A stretch of DNA of 64,000 nucleotides. Source: an uncultured Planctomycetales bacterium (lineage in GTDB: Bacteria > Omnitrophota > Gorgyraeia > Zapsychrales > Fredricksoniimonadaceae). Both the position numbers and the translations under genes were made by a program. The notes under the pieces are model-generated. The model was not told where the DNA came from. It worked only from the letters and a program-made list of their open reading frames with translations, and did no database searches. This document shows, one piece after another, positions 34,561 to 44,869 of the stretch. Location of the stretch: contig CAZNDZ010000003.1 of the NCBI GenBank assembly GCA_964572155.1, forward strand, positions 74,224 through 138,223. The letters run 5' to 3'. Position 1 is the stretch's first letter, and each line of letters opens with the position of its first letter.

Positions 34561-35673
34561 TTAAGCCAATTTTTTGAAGACATCAATCATGCGCTTTCCG
34601 TAGACTTCCGGTGCATAGTGAGATAAATACTTTTGGCGATTAGCTTGCCCCATGTGATAACGTTTTAAATCATCTTTGGATAATGATAAAATTTTCTGTG
34701 CTAGTTGATACTCATTGCCCTTCTCAAATAATGCCCCGTTTAACCCATCTGTAATGATTTCAGGGATGGTGCCTTCGATCGACGCCACAACCGGCTTGCT
34801 TTCAGCCATGGCATGCAATAGGACTAATCCAAAAACATCACGTAACGTCGGGAACATAAAGATATCACAGCTTCGAAAATAGGTGGTGCGTTTAAACACA
34901 TCTTCAACATAACCAACATATGAAAAATACGCTTCTAGTTGATGCTCTTTGACGTATTTATAAATTGCATCTTTAAGCGTTTCGGATTCCATGGGGCCAG
35001 CAAAGGTAAAAAACACATCAGGGTCTTGCGCAATGACTAGTGGCATGGCTTTGAGCGCCGTCCAGATCCCTTTGGTTGTACTTAAATAGGAGAAATATAA
35101 TATTTGTGTCTTACCCTCTTGTTTACTTTCACCTGTCGGTAAAAAGGCCGTATCTTCCACACATCCTGGAACAACCAGAATGCGACTTGGATCAAAGAAT
35201 GGGGCATACTCCGTCTTTACCTTCTCCCCCATGACAATGATGGCATATGTTTTTTCTAGCAAATGCGCAATCAAACGCTGCATCCAAGGAGGCGCACCGC
35301 TATTCAATTCTGGCAGATATTGCCCCATGTCATGCAACACGACGCGTGCACCTAAGAAACTCGCCGTTACACAAAAGAGATAATCTTTCAAGAACGGCAT
35401 CTTATCAAAACTCATATTAAAGAGCACATAGCGAGGACGCTTGACGATCATCAAGAACACCAAAGAAAACCAATACTTGATCATCTTAAAGATCTTGTCG
35501 AATGTCACCTTCTTATGCTTCGCATACGACCAAAATTTTAACTCTAAGAATGTGATATCAAAGGTGCTCACGAATTCACTTTCCATGAGCATCTTATACA
35601 TCATGCTGTGTCCGAAATTCGGTGGAGGTAAAATACCACACACTAAGATTTTTGTTTTACGTTGTTGCGTCAT
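34561..35673 (-). CDS. glycosyltransferase family 4 (GT-B, 'group 1')
   Basis: The C-terminal half has a GT4-like E-x7-E region (FPTLRDVFGLVLLHAMAESKPVVAS). Confidence 0.75.
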   Translation of the reverse strand: MTQQRKTKILVCGILPPPNFGHSMMYKMLMESEFVSTFDITFLELKFWSYAKHKKVTFDKIFKMIKYWFSLVFLMIVKRPRYVLFNMSFDKMPFLKDYLFCVTASFLGARVVLHDMGQYLPELNSGAPPWMQRLIAHLLEKTYAIIVMGEKVKTEYAPFFDPSRILVVPGCVEDTAFLPTGESKQEGKTQILYFSYLSTTKGIWTALKAMPLVIAQDPDVFFTFAGPMESETLKDAIYKYVKEHQLEAYFSYVGYVEDVFKRTTYFRSCDIFMFPTLRDVFGLVLLHAMAESKPVVASIEGTIPEIITDGLNGALFEKGNEYQLAQKILSLSKDDLKRYHMGQANRQKYLSHYAPEVYGKRMIDVFKKLA

Positions 35674-36452
35674 GATGAGCTTATGATGTTTTCTAATATC
35701 TGGTCAATGTTGTAGCGTGGCTTAAAATTAAAATTTTCCCAGGTCTTCTGACAATCAAGTTGCAACATAGACGTTGGGGCCGAAGGTACTGTTTGACTTA
35801 TTTTAGAAGAAGAATGGCAGGCTGCAACGACTTTTAATGCCAATTCATTGACAGTTACAAGCGATGGGAAAGCGGCAGGGTAAATCCCTTGCTTTGGACT
35901 TCTAACAACAGCGACCAACAAATCAACCATGTCACGTACATCAATATAAGCAATAGGTGTTTGTGGGTTAACCGTCAGCACTAAGGGTTTGTTGTTTTTG
36001 GCTAAATCAATAAACACGGGCAAAACCGCTTTGGGAGCTTGGCCTCGACCTAAGACATTGACACTGCGGATGATGGTCAATGTCTTGCCTTTAAATTGCT
36101 TTTGACATAACGTTTCTGCCGCCGCCTTGCTTTGAACATAACCACTTTGCTGCTGTTCATCTATTTTTGCTGTCGATAAAAGGATAAAATGATCACAAGA
36201 TATGCCATCTAAAACATGCGCTGTGCCTTGGACGTTGATCGATTGGTATGCCGCTTCATTCTTATCACCAACGGATGTGATGTTATACGCGGCTAAGTGA
36301 ATGACAGCATCAAAATGCCCATTGATGTTAAATGGCTTGGAAATATCTAACGCTTGGGATGTTGGTACAACAACGTCAATGCCATTGGTTTTTAATGCCG
36401 CACAGCAGTGTCGCCCGATGAAACCATGCCCACCCGTTACAAAGACCTTCAT
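35670..36452 (-). CDS. NAD(P)-dependent epimerase/dehydratase (short SDR); candidate 4-keto-6-deoxyhexose reductase
   Basis: MKVFVTGGHGFIGRH Rossmann motif and YVQSK catalytic Y-x3-K. It overlaps the adjacent nucleotidyltransferase by 4 nt. Confidence 0.65.
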   Translation of the reverse strand: MKVFVTGGHGFIGRHCCAALKTNGIDVVVPTSQALDISKPFNINGHFDAVIHLAAYNITSVGDKNEAAYQSINVQGTAHVLDGISCDHFILLSTAKIDEQQQSGYVQSKAAAETLCQKQFKGKTLTIIRSVNVLGRGQAPKAVLPVFIDLAKNNKPLVLTVNPQTPIAYIDVRDMVDLLVAVVRSPKQGIYPAAFPSLVTVNELALKVVAACHSSSKISQTVPSAPTSMLQLDCQKTWENFNFKPRYNIDQILENIISSS

Positions 36453-37192
36453 GAATCTTGTTCCAACTGGCGCATGAGCACGGTGGCTTTGTATAATGAA
36501 TCAAACGAACCTGCATCGGTCCATGCGGATTTGAGGATCGAATGGCTTAATTGTGACTTCTTTGCGTATAGGGATAAAACATCGGTGATTTCATATTCAC
36601 CACGTGGGCTTTTCTTTAATTGCTTCAAATGCGTAAATACTTCCGGCAAAAACATCCAAAGGCCTGTATTGACATAATTTGATTTTGGTTTTTTGGGTTT
36701 CTCGACGATATCAATGATCTGTTTGCCCTTAAATGAAACAACGCCATAGTTTTCTGGATCATCAACTTTAGCAATCAGGATCTTTGCTTTAAATTCATCC
36801 ACATGGCTTTTAAATTCATCGACAAATTCACGCACATTTTCGCTAACCACATTGTCGCCTAAGACAACCATGAATGGTTCATCGCGAACAAAATCTTCTG
36901 CTAACAATAATGCCGCACCTGTACCTCCATTACCCTCTTGGATCTCATAACTAAAATGCGCGCCCCAGCTTTTGCCAGAACCGAGCAATTGAAAGAAATC
37001 GCCGATGTGTTCACCACCAGTTACAATCAAAATATCTTTAATGCCAGCATCGATCAATGTTTGCAGAGGATAATAAATCATGGGCTTCTTATAAACCGGC
37101 AACAAATGTTTATTGGTCACATTGGTCAACGGTTTTAAACGTGTTCCTGTCCCACCGGCAAGTAAGACGCCTCTCATTTCTTTGCCCCCCAA
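36449..37192 (-). CDS. sugar-1-phosphate nucleotidyltransferase (RmlA-like, short form)
   Basis: VLLAGGTGTRLKPLT...NKHLLPVY N-terminal signature. Confidence 0.75.
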   Translation of the reverse strand: MGGKEMRGVLLAGGTGTRLKPLTNVTNKHLLPVYKKPMIYYPLQTLIDAGIKDILIVTGGEHIGDFFQLLGSGKSWGAHFSYEIQEGNGGTGAALLLAEDFVRDEPFMVVLGDNVVSENVREFVDEFKSHVDEFKAKILIAKVDDPENYGVVSFKGKQIIDIVEKPKKPKSNYVNTGLWMFLPEVFTHLKQLKKSPRGEYEITDVLSLYAKKSQLSHSILKSAWTDAGSFDSLYKATVLMRQLEQDS

Positions 37193-38181
37193 AATCCCGT
37201 GTAATAACGGCTATCCATTTTTTCTTTGGCTTTTGTGATCCATTCTGGATTAGCTTTATACCATGCGATCGTTCGCTCTAAGCCCTCATCAACATTATAC
37301 TGTTGCTTCCATCCCATCTTCTTTAACTTATTACAATCAATGCTATAGCGAAAATCATGGCCTGGCCTATCTTGCACATAGGTGATAAACGACTCATCAC
37401 GCCCCATGAGCTTTAACAACTTGCGTGTTAATTCCATATTGGTTAGTTCTTGCTCACCGCCAATGTTATAAACTTCACCATTCTTGCCCTGCTCAATCAA
37501 AGTATCAATACCACCACAATGATCGTCGACAAAAAGCCAGTCACGGACTTGTTGACCTTGACCATAAACAGGCACAGGTTTACCATCAAGCAAATTGGAA
37601 ATAAATAGCGGGATGACTTTTTCTAAGAAAGCGCGTGGTCCATAATTATTGGATGCGCGGGTCACAATCACAGGCAAATCATAGGTCACAAAAAAACTAT
37701 ACGCCAAACGATCCCCACCCAACTTTGATGCCGCATAAGGATTGCGTGGTCTTAATTCTGCTGTTTCACTAAAGCTTCCCTCTAAGATCTGGCCATAAAC
37801 CTCGTCGGTTGATATCTGGATAAAGCGTTGCAAATTTTTCTGCAAGCGCGCTTCTTGCAAGAGTGTAAATACGCCTAAGACATCGGTTTTCAAGAATGAA
37901 TCAGGATCTGAAATGGAACGGTCAACCGCGGATTCAGCGGCAAAGTTAACGACCACATTCGTATCTTTCATCACCGACTTTACAACCACTGGATCACAAA
38001 TATCCCCTTTGACAAAGGTGAAATGAGGGTATTGTTTTAGCTCTTCGATTGTCGAGGGATGACCAGCATAGGTCATCTTATCAAGGACTGTTACAGCAAT
38101 GTCCTTATGATGCTTGTAGAGATAATGCACAAAATTACTAGCAATAAAACCTGCTGCTCCTGTGATTAAATATTTTCTCAT
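37174..38181 (-). CDS. rfbB: dTDP-glucose 4,6-dehydratase
   Basis: MRKYLITGAAGFIASNFV, catalytic TDEVYG and YAASKLGGD. Confidence 0.85.
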   Translation of the reverse strand: MRKYLITGAAGFIASNFVHYLYKHHKDIAVTVLDKMTYAGHPSTIEELKQYPHFTFVKGDICDPVVVKSVMKDTNVVVNFAAESAVDRSISDPDSFLKTDVLGVFTLLQEARLQKNLQRFIQISTDEVYGQILEGSFSETAELRPRNPYAASKLGGDRLAYSFFVTYDLPVIVTRASNNYGPRAFLEKVIPLFISNLLDGKPVPVYGQGQQVRDWLFVDDHCGGIDTLIEQGKNGEVYNIGGEQELTNMELTRKLLKLMGRDESFITYVQDRPGHDFRYSIDCNKLKKMGWKQQYNVDEGLERTIAWYKANPEWITKAKEKMDSRYYTGFWGAKK

Positions 38182-39737
38182 ATTAGCTTCTCTTTACTTT
38201 TATTTGCATAGGCCATAATAAAACCGAACACACACCAATAAAAAACAGCATTATAAGGCAACTCAAGGGTTACTGAAAACATGGTTACCATAGACCAATA
38301 AACTAAAACACTTAAAAGGATTATGCCACAAAAATCTCTGGCTTTGATGAATTTTCCAACCAGGCGTATCATCAACATAAAATTCACAATAACAATCAAT
38401 AGGCCCAATATTCCTGCACGATAAATCATGTGAAAGAAAGAATTGTGTGGAGCAACCCAACCATCCCTCAACCACTCAATATCACCCCATTCTAAAATCT
38501 CGAGTGATTTCGAACGTTGTGGCTGTCCAAATCCTATCCCAAAGATAAAATTCTTCTTTGTTAATTCTACCCACATGTCTCGCCAGATAAATATTCGAAA
38601 GAGGATATTATTCGTTGCTACATCCAAATTTCTTTCTTCTACCTGGGGTGGCTTTTCCACCTGTATGACCATTGACTCTGTTGTCTTAATCAATGTGTTT
38701 TGAAGCACATCATCTTTTTCATTTCTTTTCTTTTTTACTTCTTTGGATATCTGATTACTTTTGACATTAGAAGATGTTGAATATGTTTGATTCTTTTGAT
38801 CAACAGCTTGCTCTATCATCTCAGGCTGCACAACAGAACCTGCAGGCACAAAAACTTCATTTGGCTTCAACGATGGCTTAGAATTTTCATGGTACAACTT
38901 GTATGGAACAACACCATCATAATACTTGCTTTGATTTTGCTCAACATAGGCATCGTACTTCTGAAATGATTTTAAGAGCCTGTCATAGCGGGTCATGGAC
39001 TTGACGGCATTTTGATCACTAAAAATAAAGCCGCTGATCGTCAATAAAATAACCAATCCAGATATTAAACCTAGCCGCTGCGCAAATGAACCTTTAATAA
39101 AAAAACTAATTCCTGTAAATAATAGAAAACAAACCGCTGAAAAGATTGCAACCATGTGGGCGCGGATTGAGACAAACATCACATCCAAGTGGGAAAAGAT
39201 GACAACAGGAATAACCAACCACCATTGCCTTGGAAAAGCTTTTAAGATAATAACAACCGTAAGCATCAATACTGAAAACCAAAAGAAACTACCAATGAAC
39301 CTAAAAAATAACATAACAATAAACAGTGCAAGTGCCCCAACAACAACCGCACGATGCGTCAAATAGCGTCGATGATAGAACTCATAAGCGAATAAAGCAA
39401 ACGCCGCGTAGTAAAATAATGCGGCATTGCGCAATGCCAACGCGCCCCATTGTTTATAGCCAACGAAAGCATAAATTAGAATAAAAACTAAGTATCCTGC
39501 CCAATAGTAATGATGTTTCTTAAGCCCTCCTGTTAGGAAAATTTTAGTAACGCACAATAAGAATAAAATAAACGCAACAATCTCTCCTAAGAAGATTGGG
39601 AAATCCAGACATGATGGTTGAATATGAATCTCTGCAAAATCTGAGGAAAATAAAGCAGAACCAAGGCAATAAAATGCAATGCCAAGTAATCCCGCCACAT
39701 CCACCAATGTTATGAGTTGTTGTTTAGCACGAACCAC
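38178..39737 (-). CDS. second Wzy_C-domain (O-antigen ligase/polymerase family) membrane protein with a ~130-aa low-complexity Q/E/K-rich insert
   Basis: APHNSFFHMIYRAGILGL matches the Wzy_C loop motif. At least 9 TM helices. Confidence 0.65.
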   Translation of the reverse strand: MVRAKQQLITLVDVAGLLGIAFYCLGSALFSSDFAEIHIQPSCLDFPIFLGEIVAFILFLLCVTKIFLTGGLKKHHYYWAGYLVFILIYAFVGYKQWGALALRNAALFYYAAFALFAYEFYHRRYLTHRAVVVGALALFIVMLFFRFIGSFFWFSVLMLTVVIILKAFPRQWWLVIPVVIFSHLDVMFVSIRAHMVAIFSAVCFLLFTGISFFIKGSFAQRLGLISGLVILLTISGFIFSDQNAVKSMTRYDRLLKSFQKYDAYVEQNQSKYYDGVVPYKLYHENSKPSLKPNEVFVPAGSVVQPEMIEQAVDQKNQTYSTSSNVKSNQISKEVKKKRNEKDDVLQNTLIKTTESMVIQVEKPPQVEERNLDVATNNILFRIFIWRDMWVELTKKNFIFGIGFGQPQRSKSLEILEWGDIEWLRDGWVAPHNSFFHMIYRAGILGLLIVIVNFMLMIRLVGKFIKARDFCGIILLSVLVYWSMVTMFSVTLELPYNAVFYWCVFGFIMAYANKSKEKLI

Positions 39738-39738
39738 C

Positions 39739-40815
39739 CTAAGCTGCCTTTCGATGTGCTAATAACCCTAAGCAATACCTATACCACGTCAATAACAACG
39801 ATAATGCTGCCCCACAAAATGACAAAGCCCAAATGAGCACAAAGACATTGCTGATTCCACGCACTTGCATATAGCTATTGGCCGTTGCCCGCACATTCTC
39901 AAAATCTTGTTTAAGAATAAAATTCCAAATACGTTTTAGAAAAATGGTCTCTTCTTGTTTTAGGTAATATGGGACGCACGGCAAATCAAGCGCTACAAAC
40001 ATGCTTCTAAAAAGCTTCATCGCCTCTTGAAAGTCATACAAAGGCAAAACATCTGGTGTATAAACTAGTCGCCATATCGCCATTAATTGAACAGGATCCC
40101 ATGCGCGTTTTGTCCAAAAAGCAATATTACTCTGATAAACTTCCACCATTTCTTTCATGACACGATTATCGGCTTCCATCACCGAAATCGAATTGGCATG
40201 CGTACGTACAGCTACAAGGATTTGCTTATGGTTGACAATGCGTATCCCCTCTGCCAACAACTTACACCATAACGCATAATCCGCGACGATCTTATAACGC
40301 TCGTCATACCCACCTGCATCGATGATAATCTCTTTCTTCATCAAAGAGCCAACGTGATTGATGGGCGAAGCAAACAAAGATTTGAGCATGATATCTTGCT
40401 CTTTAAGTGGTGTATTGAGTGTCTTGTGAACTTTGTCGTGAACATCGATTAAGGCTGCGCGCGGGCTTAACACAGCACAGGTGGGATATTGCATCATCAC
40501 GCGCATTTGCACCATTAACCAATCCGGATATGCCATGTCATCGGCATCCATACGGGCAATGTATTTGCCCCTTGCTTGATGCAACCCAACATTTAACGAA
40601 CATGTTTGACCAATATTCGCAGGGTTAGCAATGATCCGAACGCGTGGGTCGGTGTATGAACGTAGGATCTCTAAAGAATTATCTGTGCTCTTGTCATCGA
40701 CAATCAAAAATTCAAAATCCGCATGCGTTTGGGCTAACACAGAATCAATGGCTTTATGGAGGAACTTTGCGCCATTATAAACGGTCATTAATACCGTGAT
40801 AGGAACACTGCTCAT
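39739..40815 (-). CDS. glycosyltransferase family 2
   Basis: ITVLMTVYNGAKFL...DFEFLIVDDKSTDNS, a DAD motif and a C-terminal TM anchor. Confidence 0.8.
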   Translation of the reverse strand: MSSVPITVLMTVYNGAKFLHKAIDSVLAQTHADFEFLIVDDKSTDNSLEILRSYTDPRVRIIANPANIGQTCSLNVGLHQARGKYIARMDADDMAYPDWLMVQMRVMMQYPTCAVLSPRAALIDVHDKVHKTLNTPLKEQDIMLKSLFASPINHVGSLMKKEIIIDAGGYDERYKIVADYALWCKLLAEGIRIVNHKQILVAVRTHANSISVMEADNRVMKEMVEVYQSNIAFWTKRAWDPVQLMAIWRLVYTPDVLPLYDFQEAMKLFRSMFVALDLPCVPYYLKQEETIFLKRIWNFILKQDFENVRATANSYMQVRGISNVFVLIWALSFCGAALSLLLTWYRYCLGLLAHRKAA

Positions 40816-41579
40816 GAACTGGCTTTCATTAGATGTTGATTCGTCGCTGTGACATTAAAACTAAATGGTTTATTACAGCTTTCTGTTGCATATGCCCCAC
40901 CCGCACCTTTTAGGATGGCCAAACCACCGGCGATGTCCCACAACATGATATTGCGTTCGATGTAGGCATCACCTCGTCCGCATGCCACATAGGCCAAAGA
41001 TAATGCAGCAGAACCAATCAATCGCGCTTTACGATATGACTGCACCGACGTGACAAAAGCATTAAGATTAAGAGTGGTCATCTCCATGCCTGCAGGGAAT
41101 CCCGTATATAAAACACCTTTAGCTGTTGAGGCAACTTGGCTGACAGCGATGGGCTTATCATTGCACCACGCCCCTCCTTGCGCTAACCCACTAAACATTT
41201 CATCGCGATTAAAATCATAGATCACACCGAGGACGGGTTGATCATGTTGCCATAAGCCAATGGACACACAACACATCGGCATGCCGCGTTCGAAATTAAA
41301 TGTACCGTCAATGGGATCAACAACCCAGAAGGGCTGGTCGCTGGTCTCACCTTTTAATCCCGCTTCTTCAGATAAAATGGCAAGCGGGCTTGCCTTAGAT
41401 AAAATATCTAAGATGATCTTTTCAGATTGTTTATCCGCATGGATTTTAATGTCGTGGTCAAACTCATGCTCAATCCTGCGGTCCACCTGCGTGCTCGTTG
41501 ACAAAAAAACGCCTGCGGCTTTTGCTGCTTGTTTGGCAAGCGCTAATAATGAGAGGTCATTTTTTTCCATATGCACCAA
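40812..41579 (-). CDS. inositol monophosphatase family phosphatase (sugar-phosphate phosphatase candidate)
   Basis: The metal-binding motif WVVDPIDGTFNF and a downstream WD...G motif. Confidence 0.75.
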   Translation of the reverse strand: MVHMEKNDLSLLALAKQAAKAAGVFLSTSTQVDRRIEHEFDHDIKIHADKQSEKIILDILSKASPLAILSEEAGLKGETSDQPFWVVDPIDGTFNFERGMPMCCVSIGLWQHDQPVLGVIYDFNRDEMFSGLAQGGAWCNDKPIAVSQVASTAKGVLYTGFPAGMEMTTLNLNAFVTSVQSYRKARLIGSAALSLAYVACGRGDAYIERNIMLWDIAGGLAILKGAGGAYATESCNKPFSFNVTATNQHLMKASS

Positions 41580-42447
41580 ATGCCGCTATTAAATTTGTTG
41601 CAGCTTGCATTTCCATCAGGCGTCGACATTCTTCTGTATTAGACGCGATATGCGGCGTTAAGATAACTTGCGAAAACTTCAAAAGCGGTCCTTGATATGG
41701 TTCTTGATGAAACACATCACACCATGCCCCTGCAACTTTTCCAGATTCAAGGGCGGCAATAAACGCTGCTTCATTGATCACTTCCCCTCGAGCAGGATTT
41801 AAGATGAGCACGCCTTGCTTCATCAATGCAAATTCTTGAGTACCCAATAATTCTTCTTCACCATTTACATGAATTGTTACAATATCCGCCTTAGGCAAAG
41901 CCTCACTTAAGCGGTCATTGACATCGACGGGGATGATTTTAACTGAAAATGGTTCTAGCATCTTTGCAACCTTGCGGCCAATGCGACCAAACCCGACGAT
42001 CACAACTGTTTTACCCTCAAGTTGAAACCCTAATTTTTTTTGCCATTGCCCTGCATGCAAATCCTGATTCATGACCACCACCGAACGCAACAACATCAAC
42101 ATCGCCATGACCGTTAGTTCCGCCACAGCCACTGTTGGCGCGTTTGGCGTTGAACACACGGCAATATTTAATTTCTTAGCTGCATTAAAATCAACATTCG
42201 ATACCCCTGCGCCACAACGAGAAATGACTTTAAGCGTTGAGGCCATCAAGACTTCCTCATCCAATGTTTCCAAACCTGCAATCACACCGTCGTATTGAGG
42301 GTACAATTGCAAGGCTTCACTTTTGGTTAATTTTCGTTTGTAGGGATTAAGCGTGACATCAAAGCCTGCATCGGCCAATGCTTTTAGAGGAGCAGGGTCA
42401 TTTTGTGCAAAATTCGACGTGGAGATGAAAACTTTTAATTTGGCCAT
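41557..42447 (-). CDS. D-isomer-specific 2-hydroxyacid dehydrogenase family, NAD-binding
   Basis: GFGRIGRKVAKM (G-x-G-x2-G), a catalytic Arg/Glu/His triad region and HIASNT. Confidence 0.8.
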   Translation of the reverse strand: MAKLKVFISTSNFAQNDPAPLKALADAGFDVTLNPYKRKLTKSEALQLYPQYDGVIAGLETLDEEVLMASTLKVISRCGAGVSNVDFNAAKKLNIAVCSTPNAPTVAVAELTVMAMLMLLRSVVVMNQDLHAGQWQKKLGFQLEGKTVVIVGFGRIGRKVAKMLEPFSVKIIPVDVNDRLSEALPKADIVTIHVNGEEELLGTQEFALMKQGVLILNPARGEVINEAAFIAALESGKVAGAWCDVFHQEPYQGPLLKFSQVILTPHIASNTEECRRLMEMQAATNLIAAFGAYGKK

Positions 42448-42452
42448 GGGCC

Positions 42453-43070
42453 TTATGATGCGTTGCGGCGTTTAAGAGATATATACATCGTGATCATATG
42501 ATCTAAGACCATATGCACGTCTTCGACAGGACCATATTGGCCCTTTTCAGATTTAACCATCACAACAATATCACTGATCTTGGCTAGTTGGCCGCCATCA
42601 AAACCAACCAAGGCAACCGTCGTGGCTTCATGTTGTTTGGCCATTTCAACGGCTTTGACCACATTAGGGCTATTGCCGCTGGCCGAGATCACCACCAACA
42701 CATCACCTTTATTAATATGATTGGCCATTTGCAAGGTAAAGACTTGGCTGTAGTCATAATCATTGCTGATCGCCGTTAATGCCGCGGCGTGATCGTTTAA
42801 ACTAAATGTGCGAAAAGGTTTACCACCAACTTTACGGACTATCTCGCCGATATCTTGAGCGAAATGCGAAGCGGTTGCGGCACTGCCGCCATTGCCTGCA
42901 AAGAAAATGGTGCGGCCTTCTTGACTTGCTTTCTCAAAAACCTCAATGACCTTCATGATCGCTTGAGGATCAAGCCCGTCAATCAATTGACCAAGATACA
43001 CGCCATACTTCTTAAAGTAGTCTGCGTCGCTGGTCTTGGTTTTAAAAATATTTTCAACTGTTTGTGCCAT
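42453..43070 (-). CDS. SIS-domain sugar-phosphate isomerase (GmhA / sedoheptulose-7-phosphate isomerase-like, single SIS)
   Basis: FFAGNGGSAATASHFAQD and VISASGNSPN motifs. 205 aa. Confidence 0.75.
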   Translation of the reverse strand: MAQTVENIFKTKTSDADYFKKYGVYLGQLIDGLDPQAIMKVIEVFEKASQEGRTIFFAGNGGSAATASHFAQDIGEIVRKVGGKPFRTFSLNDHAAALTAISNDYDYSQVFTLQMANHINKGDVLVVISASGNSPNVVKAVEMAKQHEATTVALVGFDGGQLAKISDIVVMVKSEKGQYGPVEDVHMVLDHMITMYISLKRRNAS

Positions 43071-43071
43071 A

Positions 43072-43824
43072 TTATTTAATCGCTAAGAACCCTTCAAAAG
43101 AAACATATTTAAAAATGGACATGGTGTCAACAAAGCCTGCGCGTTTAAGCAAATCCAAATTGCCCTGTGTTGAAAAAGGCTCCAACACCCCTTTAAGGCT
43201 TTTAGCCTTATAGACAATCTCATCGGAAGAATAATTTTGTTCGAGTTTATAATCCACATAAAGTGTCTGCATCATATCTTGAAAACGCGCATCACAGGCA
43301 CGAACTTTTTCAAAAAACACAAAGCCACCGCCCCAATTTAAACTCTTATAAATCTTATTAAATACTTCCTGGCGCACATGTGGCGGAATAAATTGCATGG
43401 TGTAATATGAGACGATGAAATTAGATTTTTTATATGGATAGGTGATGATGTCCCCCACCTCAAGCTTGACGTTCTTAAGCTTACCCACTTCTTTCTTCGC
43501 TTGGGCAATCATGCTCTTTTCACAATCAATCCCAACAAATTGAGTATCCTTGCGATGCGCATGCTGACGCGCCATCTTGCCAATCAACGCTCCCGTCGAT
43601 ACACCCAATTCATAGTTCGTGCTATTATCACGCACAAAAAAATCACTGACTTTACAAATCAAGTCATGACCTGATTCATAATATGGCACAGAGCGCTTCA
43701 CATGGTCGGAAAAAGTCTTTGGCACTTCCCCGCTAAAAGACCATGATGCTTCTTTTGCGACGATATTCTCCCCAACCGAACCTTTTCTCTTGTTATTTGA
43801 CACTCGTATTTCCTTTATAACCAA
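43072..43824 (-). CDS. class I SAM-dependent methyltransferase
   Basis: Motif I-like VGIDCEKSM and post-I acidic residue pattern. 250 aa. Confidence 0.7.
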   Translation of the reverse strand: MVIKEIRVSNNKRKGSVGENIVAKEASWSFSGEVPKTFSDHVKRSVPYYESGHDLICKVSDFFVRDNSTNYELGVSTGALIGKMARQHAHRKDTQFVGIDCEKSMIAQAKKEVGKLKNVKLEVGDIITYPYKKSNFIVSYYTMQFIPPHVRQEVFNKIYKSLNWGGGFVFFEKVRACDARFQDMMQTLYVDYKLEQNYSSDEIVYKAKSLKGVLEPFSTQGNLDLLKRAGFVDTMSIFKYVSFEGFLAIK

Positions 43825-44869
43825 TGAATTGAAAAAACTGAGACGGATAATTAACGCGTTTGTACCAGAAGAACTTATCGGCCACGTAATAATGCTGAAT
43901 GAACGGGCACGTTCTCATAAAAATCTGCTCATACTCTTTGAGCGGGTAATCTAAAACCGTGACATCATTGGCATACGTTGGGTATGCATCATAACGGTTA
44001 ACTGTAAACAAAAATGGTGCACTTTCAAACACCGGCGAATGCACATAGGTCATAAACCAATGCCGACTCATTTCTGATAACGACACAAAATTGGTCACCA
44101 AATCAACCGCTTTAGGTGATAGCTTGCTATAAAGCGATGTTGGAACCAGAACGAAATCATACTGCTCAATCCACGCTTTGTCAATCACCTTAGCGTCTAT
44201 AACCTCTTTAAAGCCAGCGATTTTGGCTTGTGGAAAAAGTTTGGCCAGATAATAATGCGCCAAAATCAACTGACCAGATAAATCAACCAAAACATGATGC
44301 GTTTGCGGGTATTCTTGCTTGATCAAGCTTGAAAAAATCCCATAACTACTGCCAATGTCCATGCAAACGGAAGACTTAGGTACTTTAGATTCTAAGTGAC
44401 GATTAAACATGCCTAACAGGTAAATATGTCGAATATACCGATTAGTGAAATAATAGCCGTCATGCTCAATCTTTAAAGGTGACCCAATATCAGGCGTTGG
44501 GTATTTTTTTAAATAATGCAAAAAATCTTCCGCCACAATCACATCATACGCATCCAAGGCTTCACGAATACCGCCGCGTTGGGTGCCTAAAAAGGCATTA
44601 ACCATGCGCTTAAACTGATAATAAATTGGGCTTGGGTTATAGTAACCTTTAAGGGGCGCGCTGGGTCGATCAGCGACGAAGATTTGACGACCACGAAAAT
44701 GCTTTAGATGATCCGGACGGACATTAAAATCAGGGTCAATCAAACGGTCCATTTCCTTAAGGAAACGGCCTTCCCAATCGCCAAAGTCTTTGCGTTCTTG
44801 GGAACGTTCAAAAGCACATAATGCTTTGATGCTTTGATTGATAGTATTAAAGATCTGTGAATCGTTCAT
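43793..44869 (-). CDS. hypothetical protein, possible sugar O-methyltransferase (degenerate class I MTase-like core)
   Basis: CMDIGSSYGIFSSL...VLVDLSG resembles MTase motifs I and II. This is a weak call. Confidence 0.4.
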   Translation of the reverse strand: MNDSQIFNTINQSIKALCAFERSQERKDFGDWEGRFLKEMDRLIDPDFNVRPDHLKHFRGRQIFVADRPSAPLKGYYNPSPIYYQFKRMVNAFLGTQRGGIREALDAYDVIVAEDFLHYLKKYPTPDIGSPLKIEHDGYYFTNRYIRHIYLLGMFNRHLESKVPKSSVCMDIGSSYGIFSSLIKQEYPQTHHVLVDLSGQLILAHYYLAKLFPQAKIAGFKEVIDAKVIDKAWIEQYDFVLVPTSLYSKLSPKAVDLVTNFVSLSEMSRHWFMTYVHSPVFESAPFLFTVNRYDAYPTYANDVTVLDYPLKEYEQIFMRTCPFIQHYYVADKFFWYKRVNYPSQFFQFIGYKGNTSVK